Shown piece by piece: positions 48,684 through 62,660 of a DNA stretch of 64,000 nt (position 1 is the stretch's first letter; each line of letters opens with the position of its first letter). The notes under the pieces were generated by a model. That model ran no database searches. It saw only the letters and a list, made by a program, of their open reading frames with translations, and was not told where the DNA came from. The stretch lies in the NCBI RefSeq assembly GCF_902652985.1, contig NC_047024.1:23312001-23376000 (forward strand), in the 5' to 3' direction. The stretch comes from Pecten maximus (lineage: Eukaryota). The translations under genes and the position numbers were made by a program.

Positions 48684-49018
48684 TTTTCATGGTAAATACT
48701 CAAATCTGATTGGTCGAAAAATTCTTTTCATTCTTCTATGAAAGAAATTCCGAGAATGGCGCGAAAAATGTGACGTCACAATACGACAATTGACGTTGCG
48801 TATTGATTTGAGAAAAAGAATCCCATATAAAACAAGTAAAATTGTACATAAAACATGTTTTAAATTAGAAAATTATTTTCAAAAATTAATTATAAGCGTT
48901 GATGTCAATTATTTTTTAGTTTCATCGGGGTATGAAAAAAATTGGTTTGCAAACTTCTGTAAGAACGCGGATTCATACAGTTTGCAAACAAAAATTGACA
49001 TCAATGCTTAAATGAAAA
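48684..49018 (+). mobile_element. Small non-autonomous element with a terminal bulged hairpin (Crypton-like architecture)
   Basis: ctgattggtc near the 5' end and a gtgacgtcac palindrome. aagcgttgatgtcaatt...tttgcaaact pairs with agtttgcaaa...aattgacatcaatgctt (about 48894-49010). Confidence 0.45.
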
Positions 49019-50348
49019 TAATGTCGCTTCCAAAATATTCTATGATAAAATTTATTCAATAATGCTTGAAACTGTTCGAAATGCCTGTGTGGGCTGGAGT
49101 ATATACATGAACTCTTCAGTAAGCTTTGACCGCCGATATAGAACGTGTTCTGGTTTAATTTTAACAAAGATATTAATCTACATCTTAATGGCGACCACCA
49201 AAATCATGTATTTCATTCTAAGTTTAAAATACATTTGTCAGTCCCGAGCCTGGTAAGTGGTTTTTTCGATTGTCTCATCACTGACGCGGGGCCGTGGGTG
49301 GGACCATCACGCTGGTCTGATTCTGTTTGTCGACATATAACGCCACGAGTCCACACACAATCTACTCCCTTTTATAACGAATCGTTTGTGTTAAGTACCC
49401 ATTTCGAATATTTTCACTCTCGCTAAAACTTTCTTATCCAAACTTGTGTGAAATTAAATTGTTGAACAAACCCGAGTGCTATGGGTTTTTTTTTTATGTT
49501 ATACGAATTGATTGATGGATGGAATGAAGTATATGAAGCATTCATTTTTCCGTCTGTAAAATATTTATGTGTTCATGTTAAAGATTGATATGTCTGCATA
49601 GTTGTCGCGGTGTGTGTCAGCATTCACACTTTGTTTGTACGCGTACTTTTATGTTATATAAAAATGCATTACAAATAAAACACCCCCCTTTTGTGTTGTC
49701 TTTTCAAACTACAAAACATCACAAGAAATTTGATATAATATTTCAGCAAAAGACATCCATATTTCGTCTCTTTCAATTGAAATCATACATGGACGGCAGA
49801 TAAATGCCTTGAAACTCTATTCTCTATTCATGCTGACAGAATCACACACAATTGGATTTTCATCCATCATGTTTAATAATCCCGAAGAAATGAAATCAGT
49901 TTTGGCAAACGGCGATATGAAATCAATTTCTATTATTCCGAGTGATAGGGAAGGGAGTGAGGTGTGCCGATCCGCGTCGTTTGTCACGATGGACATCACA
50001 ACACTCATTCGCTGCCAAGTATATGTGACTTGGCGAAGAAAATAAATTTTAATGCTTAGTTTTATTGATGACTGAGCTGGCTATATTGTTATTGCTTAAG
50101 GGACCTTTTGCTCTCTTGTCGGAATTATCTGTCTAATGTAATTTCACGAGAAATAAGTATTGTTTTGATCGAAGCATAACGGGGTTCAATTTTGGCTACC
50201 GTATATACTCAAACAAACAAACAAACATATATTCAATAATGTTTTTCGGGAAATTAGTTATCGGGTTATAAAAAACATGTAGTCGGTTATTTGATTGTGA
50301 GTTTGCGAATCCCATATATATCTTGTTTAACCTATCTTGTGTTTTTGT

Positions 50349-50349
50349 G

Positions 50350-50382
<33 letters not shown>

Positions 50383-50402
50383 GTCGTCGCGTTGTCTTCA
50401 AA

Positions 50403-50483
<81 letters not shown>

Positions 50484-50529
50484 TCGTCGTCGTCGTCGTC
50501 GTCTTTGTAGTCGTCGCGTTGTCTTCAAA

Positions 50530-50590
<61 letters not shown>

Positions 50591-50623
50591 CATCGTCGTC
50601 GTCGTCGTCGCGTTGTCTTCAAA

Positions 50624-50700
<77 letters not shown>

Positions 50701-50725
50701 GTTCATATCTTCGCCGTCGTCATCC
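50349..50725. repeat. Compound (CAT)n(CGT)n microsatellite repeated around a conserved spacer
   Basis: Spacer cgcgttgtcttcaaatgtt appears three times (about 50388, 50515 and 50609). Confidence 0.95.
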
Positions 50726-52064
50726 TTCTAATCATCGCGGTAGTCGTCATCTGCTTATACAACTTCACGTGTATACTTCTTTGATTCCATCCTCTTTCAA
50801 TACCTTAGAGAGATAACGCATTCATCTTATCGAGTATTTCATGAAATAAATGGAATATACTTAAAATAATAGAAATACAAGCCATATCATAATATTGTTT
50901 TTTATGAGATAGATCTGTAACAGTAATTGCTTAATTCGTTTTCGGGTCGAATAAATCCATTTCAAGTTATAAGAATTACATTAATATCTGTATTTTGAGT
51001 GTATCGTTAGTTGTGTTAAAGACTGTTTATCCTACTACAAATGTCTAGTTTTGGTGGAGATGTTTTTTTTAAATAAGAGTAAAATTTTAATAATTCAATT
51101 TCATTCACAAGAGTGATTTGTATTTTTTTTTAACTTTAAAAGAAAAAATATTATAAACAAAAACAAAATATTATAAAATAGACAGAGTTTAATTCAAAAT
51201 CCAATTTTCAATTTATATTCTTGAGTCTTTCTTCCCGCCAATGTTTGATAAATCTTCAATAAAGCCACTTGTCTGGGTTTCCAGAGAAATCAGGGTTAAC
51301 TTTTATTATCATTTTAAAATGTACAAATATACAAAAAACTGACATTTTACATGCGATTTCATGACTGATGTTTTAAGAGGATCGCCAATGTACCTGGCAC
51401 TAGCATTAACCCATTCCATTGACAATACTTTTAGCACACTTTACAAATACCTTTCTTCCATAAAAGCCACGAAAAAAATATAATGTACGTCGATTTGTGT
51501 ATATTGTAAATTAAAGTAATATTTTACATTCTGATCTACTCAATACTTTAAAAGATAGCCCGCTACGTTTCATTACATGGGTGCTTTTAATTATTTTTTT
51601 CAAATGTCCTGATATGTAAATTAGGTGATAACAAAGTTCGGTTAAAACCTATGATATTGATTTTAGAAGTACAAAACTTCATTTCAAGCGTTTGTAGTTA
51701 TCCGGACAGACTAGCTCGCAGGTATACCCAGGTTTGGGTCGAGTTAATGGGGCACTATCAGACATACAAAACATATGTTTTACAACTTCAGACATGTTTT
51801 ATTGAATTTAAGTAAATAACAATCGATAATATTGGCGGAATAAAGGCCATTCCGACATGTCAGAGGTACTCCATTTCTTTACAAGTCTGACGAACCACAA
51901 TCGATAATGAGGAAGAAATCGACCCAGAGTATATTAAAACACAGACCTCGTATCTTACGTTAGCAGTGAGGTTAGACGCCATTTTGTTTGTTCAATTCTT
52001 TACTTAAAACATCATATATTTTATCATGAAAATATCGCTAAAACGCTGAGCAGTGGCATGGCGC

Positions 52065-52695
52065 CTGACCAAGTATGAACTTAACTTTTGACCAGGTTTA
52101 ACCTTTTAACCTTAACCAGGTATGACCTTTACCCTTGAAAAGATATGACTTTTACTCTTGACCATCTTTGACCTTTACTCTTGACCCAGTTTGACCTTTT
52201 TTCTTTGGCCTGGTATAACCCTTTGTCTTTAATAGGTATGACATTTACTCTTGACCGGGGTTGACTTTTACCATTGACCAGATTTGACCTTTACCCTTTA
52301 CAAACTTGGCCTTTACTCTTAACCAGGTTTGACCTTTGCTCTTTGACCAGATATGACCTTTACCCTTTAACAGGTATGTTTTACCCCTGACCAGATTTGA
52401 CATTTACCCTTTAAAGACTTGATCTTTACTCTTGACCAGGTTTGACCTTTGCTCTTTGACCAAATATGGCCTTTACCCTTTTAACAGGTATATATGTTTT
52501 ACCCTTGAACAGGTTTGACTTTTACTTTTGACCTGGTTTGACCGTTACTCTTTACCAGGTTTGACCTTTCCTCTTGACTAGGTTTGACCTTTACTCTTGA
52601 CCAGGTTTGACCTTTACTCTTGACCAGGTTTGACCGTTACTCTTGACTAGGTTTGACCTTTACTCTTGACCAGGTTTGACCTTTACTCTTGACAA
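52065..52695. repeat. 23-bp minisatellite (tttgacctttactcttgaccagg), about 27 copies, more homogeneous to the right
   Basis: Direct inspection. Confidence 0.92.
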
Positions 52696-53013
52696 AGCAT
52701 AATCATTTAGTATTGACGTGGCCCCTAGACATGTCCTACTTCGTTCGTTACGTGATTAATTCAATGTATCTAAAGATACATGTATTACAATTTTTTTAAA
52801 TGTTCTGAACTCACTGTATCATATATGGTTTCATACAATCCTTGAAAGTATGGCTTTTCAAAACCCAAAATGTACTTTAATTAAGGATTTTTTCATTGTC
52901 GTACGGCTAGTGAAGAATGATTGCTGTGTTTGGACATGTTATCGAAGTGTGAGGGTTCGATTAAAACAGGTATCCTTATGATCGTGACGTACGAGTACAT
53001 TCTACGTCATTAT

Positions 53014-53238
53014 GGGGCCGCGGTGGCCGAGTGGTTAAGGTGTCCCGACACTTTATCACTAGCCCTACACCTCTGGGGTGCTAGTTCGAAACCCACGTTG
53101 GGCAGTTGCCAGGGACTGACCGTAGGTCGGTGGTTGTTCTCCGGGTACTCCGGCTTTCCTCCACCTCCAAAACCTGGCACGTCCTTAAATGAATTCTGGC
53201 TGTTAATAGGGCGTTAAACAAAATGAACCAAACCAAAC
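53014..53238 (+). mobile_element. Full-length tRNA-derived SINE (same family as 47247)
   Basis: Same A and B boxes, body and tail. Imperfect TSD tacgtcat on both sides. Confidence 0.9.
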
Positions 53239-55095
53239 TATACGTCATCAATCTAACAGACGTTGTTGACTTTAATTGACACTAACCGATATGCTCACAA
53301 TAAAGTTCATTTAAGGAAACCTATTCTCGGTTGAATGATGCTATCGTCGCGTGGTTTACTCCGAAAGCGGGCATCACGATAACAAGTTTCCGTATCGTAG
53401 CTCTGCATCGATAAAGTAGATGAAAACGTCGATGAGAGTACATTGTCCCAAATTGTTCCCATTAATATTTAATTGCGTTCTAATTAAATTAAATGTCATC
53501 CGTTTCTTTTATCCTCAAACGGCGGGACGCCGAAATGACTACTGTTTTCTCTCCGTAATTGCGTTTCTTTCGGAATTGTCACTTTAATTGTGTCTGTTTT
53601 CTTCCTTTTCATCGTGCGTGTCATCTACAATATGACAAAAAGGTCGATGACATCCCTTTCGTCGATACCTGTGCACAGCCGGTGTGTATTATTTCAAATA
53701 GGATGTTGATTTGCATTATAATCTCGAGATAGCATTCACCTCAGAGTGTGTCCCTCCCAGTTCCCCTCCCTAAACACCTCCCATCCTTGTCGCTTCTCGC
53801 ACAAACAAACCACTAGCAACGCATTCAACACATTTATTGTGATGCTAGATTAAAAATCCACAACCGAAAGTTTATTCATTTTTCCACAAAGCTGATTTTA
53901 TGCTGAAAACCAACTTGATAATATTAACTGAACAAAAGGCGCCCTGCCTCGCTATCCCATACCACACGGTTGATGTCGCCAACTGTATACTAGACCAAGC
54001 GAGAGATCTGACGCTCCACAGACTAGTCATATCGTTGTTGCTCCCTATGACAAAACCTTGGAATAGACATAAACGAAATTGAAAATAATAGTACCTTTTC
54101 ATGCAAATGTCGAATTTAGTTTATTTTTATTTTCCGTCGATGAGATGAAAGAAAAATTGCCTATCGGAATGAAGTGGAATTTTTGTATTGCCCCCCTGTT
54201 GGACACTTTGTGCGTCCTCACAGTTAGATCTTTATGTTAGATGTGAATACAAACTATAATTGCGTCACCTGTAAGAAAAGGGCTACCTGTGTATCGTTGA
54301 CAATATGATTTCACGGCACCCTGAACGTGTTGCTGGTCATTCAAGCGTCCCCATTTCCCCGTTATGATCGAGACCTCTATTGACCCGAAAAACAGCAAAT
54401 CCGGTCGGTCGGAGCTGGTAACACCCAAATTGCAAGTTTCTAGAGCGTTCCTCATCAGCAGCAAGTGAACCACGTGATCGAGGTACGTACAAACACGTTT
54501 TTTTTTTAAATGTACCTGACCGCACGTGTGATTTAGCAAACTTCCTACAGTAATTGACAACGCGATGCCGATATCAGTGTTAATTTCATGTCTGTGGCCC
54601 ACGGCTAGCTCTGTTTATATAACAGTACAGTTTGTTGTGGTTCTATACAAACTATTTTTCAATAAAGAAAACAATATCCAAATTTAAAAAGTCAATATAT
54701 CATTGTATTGTAAACGTACATATAATCAGGAATTATATATGCTATTGATGCGATGCTGTGTCGCGTCTCGTCAACACTCCCGGGTATTGTGTATGTTTTT
54801 TCCTCCCGTCTGCTTGCAGAATATTGATATTTATGTCTGGAATCGAGTTACATATGCACAATTGTAATTATAATGTACACATATTTGTCCAAGGACAATG
54901 CATGCATAACTTGCAATTCAAGTCCGTGCGGTTTTATTTACAAATAATCACAGATGCATTTATTATGATTATTTGTCCAAAAACTTTTATTCGTATTCTA
55001 AACATTCTCCTTGAATTCCCGTCAGTATAAATAGAGTTATGTAAAGTCACCTATGCCTGATGTGCCGTAAAGATGTGTTTCTGTTTTATATGGGC

Positions 55096-55305
55096 TTAAA
55101 AATATAGTTTGTGTTGTATATAGACTTACAAAAATATAGTTTGTGTTGTATATAAACTTACAAAAATATAGTTTGTGTTGTATATAGACTTACAAAAATA
55201 TAGTTTGTGTTGTATATAGACTTACAAAAATATAGTTTGTGTTGTATATAGACTTACAAAAATATAGTTTGTGTTAGACTTAGAAAAATATAGTTTGTGT
55301 TGTGT
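55096..55305. repeat. 32-bp tandem repeat (aaaaatatagtttgtgttgtatatagacttac), 6-7 copies
   Basis: Period 32 (55101, 55133, ...). Confidence 0.93.
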
Positions 55306-58300
55306 ACGTACGGAAAATAATCAAATAAAATATCATATTCAAGAAAATGTACATGTCATTTTCACGCTCTATTCACAGGGACTTTGTAAAAATTTATATT
55401 TTTTTTATTAGATATACATAATTATATAATACATTATATGGACCTTAAGGTGGGAGTTCGTGCCGAGTCCCTGTGACTCCAGTGGATTTGAATAAGACCA
55501 TTATGACCGGGCTAAGATTTCAGTCTAAGAGTCAACGTTTTAATTTTCTATCTCGCAGAATCACATTCCATCTATTCCTATTGACTATTTCAATTTCAAC
55601 AAGTTCTGAAATGTGAATGGTTGTATGGAAAATCTGGCTGAATTTTGGTTTATCTTAAAGGCATGGCTGTATAACAATACAATATGAAAATGCAGAGTAT
55701 TACAGCATACACTGACGGTTTAGTGTATAGGATGTATATGATGCAGAGTATTTTAGTGTACCTATTTAATATTTTTTCATTGGCATTTAAACATTTTCAT
55801 AATTATATTTCATCTGGTATTTTGCGACATCAAGCGATGAATTTACGATAACAGGCCCGTTTTTGACAGTTACACACTTGCTTGACGCCTTTATGGTGAA
55901 TATTGGACATCTTTATTTACAGTGATAAAAATAAGTGATACAATAAACTTAAGAACTGATACAAATCCGTTTTACTACTCAGATACTTTTATGTTCAAAA
56001 CATGACCGTGGATGCTGGCAATTAGATTTGGGAAAATCGCAATCCGATAACGGTCGTTATGGCGATAGGCATGACTGCATTACCCAGGGGAATGAATATA
56101 ATATTTTTTTCGAATAATTTTATGTGGCTTTGTTAATTCATTTTTTTTTTTACCAATGGAAGAATCGAACTTAAATTCAATTAAAAGTGTCGGGTTATAC
56201 AAAATGAAATATATAAAAACCAGTTTTCCAATTATAAATTATAGATAATAAGCTCAGATATTTCTTGAAATCTAATTGGTCAAGAGGTGGTCACGAGTTT
56301 GTTAATTTCCCTACATCTTATTGGTTGGATCATTGCCACAGTGGACTGAGTGACTTGAGAAAAAATATGATTTAGAAATAATAGGATCAATATTATTTTT
56401 GTGACGTCACTTCACATGTGATGTTACAATATTCGCTGCCGAATGCAGTTAAATTATCTTAGGTGTTTTCTTACACTACAGCTGGTATATCAACATGGAA
56501 GGATATTGTGATTTCTAACTTATGCTCTTTATCTGGAACCAAAATATTAATCTCAACAGAATTGTTAATATAATTGGAAAATATTATCTCGATGTTACTA
56601 TTTTTAGAAAAAGTGTGTTAATATCGTTTTCATGTCATCATCTCATTGGTTTCACCGTGACACTTTCTGTCTAGTAGAGTTTTTTCTCGACAATTTACTT
56701 CTATTCCTCTTTTTCGGCATAGCCGTATAATATTCTTTTGTCCCCGGATATGACGCGACAGGTGGCGTTACTGGTTAATATGAAGTACGTGATTGGTCAA
56801 TTTAGCGGTAACTGCAACATGCAGATATGCAGTTAAAAACGAAACAAAGTTAAGATTGAATGTAAGCTAAATAAGTGGATGTATCTTTTCAAATGACACA
56901 TTAATAAAATCATATTCCTGATTCAAATGCAGTCTTATTATCACCAAAAATGATTCAAACTGGTATAATTTCGTTATCCGTGCTGAAACGCATTAGTTCG
57001 TTAATTTATTTCACCAGCAGTTTTACATTATAACCACCAGCATTAAAACTATGCCATTTATCTTTTTTAAAGATATTTCTTGTTAATGATAAAATTGTCG
57101 TCAATATTTAATACACATATAACTGTATATCATGCTTGATTGATATATTATGTAACACAAACTCTTCCTCATACAATGAAGTTTAGTTATGTTAAACTTA
57201 TTTTATTGCCAATATACAGTAAAAGGATCAGGCTCAAGTTACATTTACATGACGCCCGTTCCTAATAAGTTAATCAAACGTATGCATACATCATAAGATG
57301 GTTAAAAGTGATAAGTATGTACAATAGGATTTTAACTGGACGAGAAAAGGAGAGAGATATAGAGAGTGAAAGTAGGAGAGATAATGTTATTTGAATGTCT
57401 CAAAGGAAAATACTATATGTAGTGGTATATAAAAACAATAAATCTCAAAGTACTGTTAGACTGGTCCCTGTCTAGAGAATATTAAAATATGAATAAAAAT
57501 GAGCTCTATAAATTTGGTCTCAAGGTAGACTGGTTAACAACCGATAAGTTTTTTGTAAAGAATTGTCTATCTAGATTCTTACACTAACTTCTACCCCTTG
57601 TTTGAAATTTAAAGACATCACGTTCTAAATTCGGGGAAGAACATCTAGTATTAGAATTTAGCTGTGCAATTGTTTACAATAATTTAAGGGTTGTTTCAAG
57701 ACTAAAGTACTTCATATGCAATGATGTTATGAATCCACCTACCAACAAATGTATACGTAATAAAGTTATCTCACACTGTGTACTATTAAATGATACAAAC
57801 AATTTCTCACCTAATATATGTTATTATATCAATACTCCACCCGGAACTAATGATAACCTGTGTTCTTGTACTTTAGTAAAAATTCTTACTAAATTATTTC
57901 ACTTTAACCCCCTCTTTCCATGCCATTTTGTCACATTTATTACCTTGAATATTGATTATCACATAAAAAAAGTAATTTAACCACTTAAAATGCGGAACAT
58001 ATATATACTTATTTAAAGAAATAAGTTATACGATCTGTAAATTATATTATTGAAATTTACATATGTGTGTTTGTGTTGTAATCTGTTGATAATAATAAAT
58101 TTACACATGTATAATGAATTGTATTTTAATATTCTTTGTAAGGTATTTTCTATATCTCGATATCTATAATAAAATTCACATTCAAAGGCGTTATGTACTT
58201 TAGTATGTATAGTGAAATCTCTTCCGATAAATGATTAAACTTAATTGCCTTATTATTAATTTAGATGGATTCTTACATTTCAGACGTACAGATATTATCT

Positions 58301-59588
58301 TATATGAAAACACCGATCAACAAATGAAATTATTCACAATCAGATTTTAGCCATCAATTATCATCAATTTTCATAAAAAAACAACAACACCAAAACGTCA
58401 TCATCATCATCTATTATCAAAAAAAAAAATTCCTCAAAAAGAAAGTTTATAATACAAAAGTAATAATTCAGAATAAGAAGTGTAAGAACTGATAACAAAA
58501 AGTTATAAGATGTACACATGTGGTAAATACATACATGTACTTCATTATTATTAACTGTATCATTGTTCTTTGCGAGCGGGTGTTTTTACTCTGATGTCGA
58601 AAAGCAGAATTATTTCAAGGTCAGCAGGATTAACGTTTTTAACTTTTCAAACTTTATTTTATTTCTCTTCACAAAATTAGATGTACAGAGAAAACTTTTT
58701 GAAACGTAAGAACAAATAAATCTACATAAATTCCTGAACTTTTTTGTTGTTGAAATATAGCTGTACCGCTAATCACTATCTCGCGCAAATACACAACACT
58801 CAACTCTGTAATGAAAATCGTGGTTGTCTTTGGCTCCCTTAAATAGAGTGTCTTTAAACTCCTCTCCTTCCATAGATAACAGCAGATACGGTTGTATGAC
58901 CTTATCCATGAACAAAACAATATTAAACATCTGTTTCGACCTGTTAGGTGTCTCCGGTGATGTTAGGAGCCAAAATTTAAAATTTCATTGGAAAGGTGTA
59001 TACTTACCCCATTATTTCATTATGAACGTCAATTGCTGATTCAAATATGCCTGAATATTCTTTACCTGTGCATCTATTCATATCGAGAAAGGTTGTACAA
59101 AAACACACAAGTGTAAAGTACTTAGAGCTGTGTATGCTGTATAGCTAAATGGATATCAATATACACCCTACAGCTATATCATCCTGTCTAGGATTCTCTT
59201 TATTAATGCTAGGGGCCAAGAGTGGAATCCAGAGGCTGACGAAAACAAAATGAGACTAAAATAAAGTTAAAGTATGGAAGGGATGGCGCACTTAGTCCAT
59301 ACTATAATTAATTTGGTTAATTTTGAACACTGGACAGTTTAAAAGAACATTAAATGCAGGGTAGAGTTTAGACGTGGTATTCAGGGTAGAGTTTAGACAT
59401 GGTATGCAGGGTAGAGTTTATAAGATGCATGCAAAGTAACCCCTTTTTATTGCAATGCCATGTTGTGTAACAAATGGCGATACAACGTTGATTGTTTTTT
59501 CTTATCTAATTAACAATTTCTGAAGAAGAACCAATTATATTGGTGTTAATACAACCAAATTGTTAAGCAATTCTACTAGGCTTTTACA

Positions 59589-59772
59589 CCAGGACCCTTG
59601 TTTCGTCAATATTCCTGAACTTAAGAAAAAAAATCCCCAGCTTCAATTTTTCCATAGGAAAGCATTGTAGGATTTAAGGGAAAAAATCTTAGTTAAGGAT
59701 ATTTTCTTCAATTCTTCAGTGGTTTCCGATGGAAAATTTAAGCTAAGAAATATTGATGAAACTGGCGCCTGG
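59589..59772. mobile_element. Decayed palindromic MITE (PIF/Harbinger-like)
   Basis: ccaggacccttgtttcgtcaatattcct versus agaaatattgatgaaactggcgcctgg. CWG-type flanks and internal inverted segments. Confidence 0.55.
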
Positions 59773-59908
59773 CGGTGTCCATATTGCAGAATGTATATAT
59801 ACATATTCATTATAGGGATAATGCACTCCTTTCTATATATTATATCTATTGTTTAGACCCATTTAGCTTTTCTTGTCTTCCCTGATGGATCTTCATACTC
59901 GCTTCAAT

Positions 59909-60345
59909 ACTGACGAGTACTAGAAGGACGAAACATCTGTATGGTGTTCCTGACATCAATGACGTGTCCTAGAAGGACGAAACATCTGTATGGTGTTCCT
60001 GACATCAATGACGTGTCCTAGAAGGACGAAACATCTGTATGGTGTTCCTGACATCAATGACGTGTCCTAGAAGGACGGAACTGCTGTATGATGTCCCTAA
60101 CCTCACTGACGAGTCCTAGAAGGACGAAACAGCTGTATGATGTTCCTAACATCACTGACGTGACCTAGAAGGACGAAACATATGTATGATGCCCCTAACA
60201 TCACTGACCAGTCCTAGAAGGACGAAACATCTATGTTGTGTACCTATCATCAATGACGAGTTCTAGAAGGAAGAAACATATGTATGACGTGTCCTAGAAG
60301 GACAGAACAGCCGTAGTATGCCCTAACATTACAGACGGGTCATAG
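59909..60345 (-). repeat. 49-bp satellite, reverse complement of the LNX intronic satellite (about 9 units)
   Basis: ctagaaggacgaaacagctgtatgatgttcctaacatcactgacg; period 49 (59920, 59969, 60018). Confidence 0.93.
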
Positions 60346-62449
60346 GACATTATGTGGCATTTAATATTTCGGTCATTACAAATTCTTATTTAGAGGTGCT
60401 GTTTTTCCTTTTGTCACTTGTTTGTGCATGTATACTTTAAAAAATCATCTCATTTCAAGAGCATAGTAAAATAAGGGTTATATAAGTTTTTTCGGCACTA
60501 AGATGTGGAAAAAAATCATCGAAAATATAGAAGTAGGGATTAAACTAACCTGCATGTTACCATTTAACACCTTTGAATAGTGGCCCGATTCAAAAGATGT
60601 ACACTGTACTTATCCATTATTGAAATTTATGATTTTTTTTTTTTTTTACAAAACACATATTTTAATTTCCCCCAGCAACCCTGCAAAGATAAATGGGCCG
60701 CCAGCGTTGGGAAGTCCTGCGTTTAGCCCCTAGTACAATAGGTATCCTCAAACAGGAGGACTCTTTTATCAACACTATCTATTGAAAACGAGGTGCTGTT
60801 GCACCTCCCAATCAATAACTATGACATTGCTTTCTACCTTCCCTTAGTTTACCCCGTCGCCTCCAAGGTATTTACGATGTAGGCCTTTAGCATCACTGAC
60901 AAGTCGTAGAGGGACGAAACAGCTGTATTATGCAGTTCAATTCATTTTTGGCTCTATTTCATCCAACTCTGAATTTGCACTGAATGGTGCTCATATCTTG
61001 TATGTCATTTGAACAATCCTATATCAGATATATTTACTTGTAATATTTGAAGCTAGTTAAAAAAAAACATAGGAGGTTATACTTGTTAACGTGTGAAGTT
61101 AGCGAGACTGAAATATCGAAGTGGCACGTTGTTGTAGTTTGCGAGGCACTGGTCATATTCGCCTCTTATTTTTTTCATGAGTATTTTTGTTTACATTTTG
61201 CCCTCGCTAATAGATTTTGAGTTTAAATTATGGTTTCGTTATTATGTCTGTATTCTTTATTATTTTGCTGTAGTTTGTTTGTGATGATATGTATATACTT
61301 GAACGTGAAAATCATAATTGTTTATATTTTGTAACCAATATGTTTTATTCATCTCATATATATGTTTATTCTAGCAGCTTATAAGACAGTTTAATACATT
61401 ATTATAGTAGTGTAGTATCTGAGGTACCTATTGAGGTAAGATGTGGAACACAATGTGATGATGGAATTAATATCTGATGCTACATAAAGCTATCGGTAAC
61501 ATTTAATCCACACTGTTTTTTTCCGAGGCAAGAATATTGATGATAGTTGTTCAGATTACCAAAAGACCAATATCAATTATTGATATGAATCTCTGGGTTT
61601 TTATCGAGGTGAAATTTATTCTGTTTTTCTTGGGTAGAAAATAGTTAAAGAACTATATGTATGGTTAGTATACAAATTATCTGAAATATACCTTAAATTC
61701 TACTTTCATGTGAGATTTTATGAAACAAGTCTTATTAAAAGTTGTTTTCCCTCTATAGCGAAAATTTAAACTTCGAAGGGAGTTTGATAAAATCTCATAG
61801 AAAACATGTTTAAGATAACTTTTATCTCCGAGTTTGTGAAAAGCTTTCGGTCAAATTGTCAAGGACCGAATCAAACGGAGGCAGCCACTTCGTTGCGCCA
61901 TTTTCAATTCATGACGTAACGTCATTGTCCTTATTGTGACATCCGAATTGATAACTCTTTTTTTCTGACTGGCGCAGTCAATGAAAAATGCTTCAGGGTA
62001 TATTGTAGTAATGACATATGTGAAGGCATTACACGGGCGAATCTACCGGAGAGCTGCCGATTATACGATAAACGGATATAAAAACTTTACAAGTGTTAAT
62101 CTCTGAGGTCAGCAAAGGGGCAATGTCATTAATGGAAGTTTAAATTAAAAAGATGTTATTTGTTATATGTTTTGTCGGTAAAGGTTCAAAATGTCTTTTC
62201 TATATATATATATATATGAATATTAAATAATATTTAATTTGTATTAAACATAGATGTTATTTAAAACCTGTATTTGTTTTAAAAAACTGTGATGCTAGGC
62301 TGTGTAAATGATTGAATGAAATTAATATTGGGATATTGATAATTGGGATATCATAATATTATACATTGGTAGTGAATTCGTGTTAGAAGACTTTTAGATT
62401 AAAGAAACAGATCTTGGTTGTGAATTCACAATGACGACAATGTTTCTGG

Positions 62450-62660
62450 TAAGATTAAGATCTCAGTACGTGTGGTTGATTTTCGAAAGTCTTTGAGGTT
62501 AGTGCAGATCTAAGTATATGTTTCATGGTTTATTTTCGAAAATCTTTTACGTTAGTAAAGATCTTAGTACAAGTGGTCAATTTTCGAAAGTCTTTAAGGT
62601 TAGTAAAGATCTTAGTACATGTGGTTTATTTCGTTAGTCTTTGAGGTTAGTTAAGATTTT
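62450..62660. repeat. Degenerate ~48-bp tandem repeat (aagatcttagtacatgtggtttattttcgaaagtctttgaggttagta), 4-5 copies
   Basis: Direct inspection. Confidence 0.8.

Noticed and set aside
50323-50816. Poly-His/Arg/Ser/Ile ORFs
   Set aside because: Trinucleotide microsatellite open in all three frames, so not evidence of coding.
54414-54462. Minus-strand CUGAUGA...GAAAC hammerhead-like string
   Set aside because: Stems II and III are weak and stem I is out of register by two bases. Probably chance.
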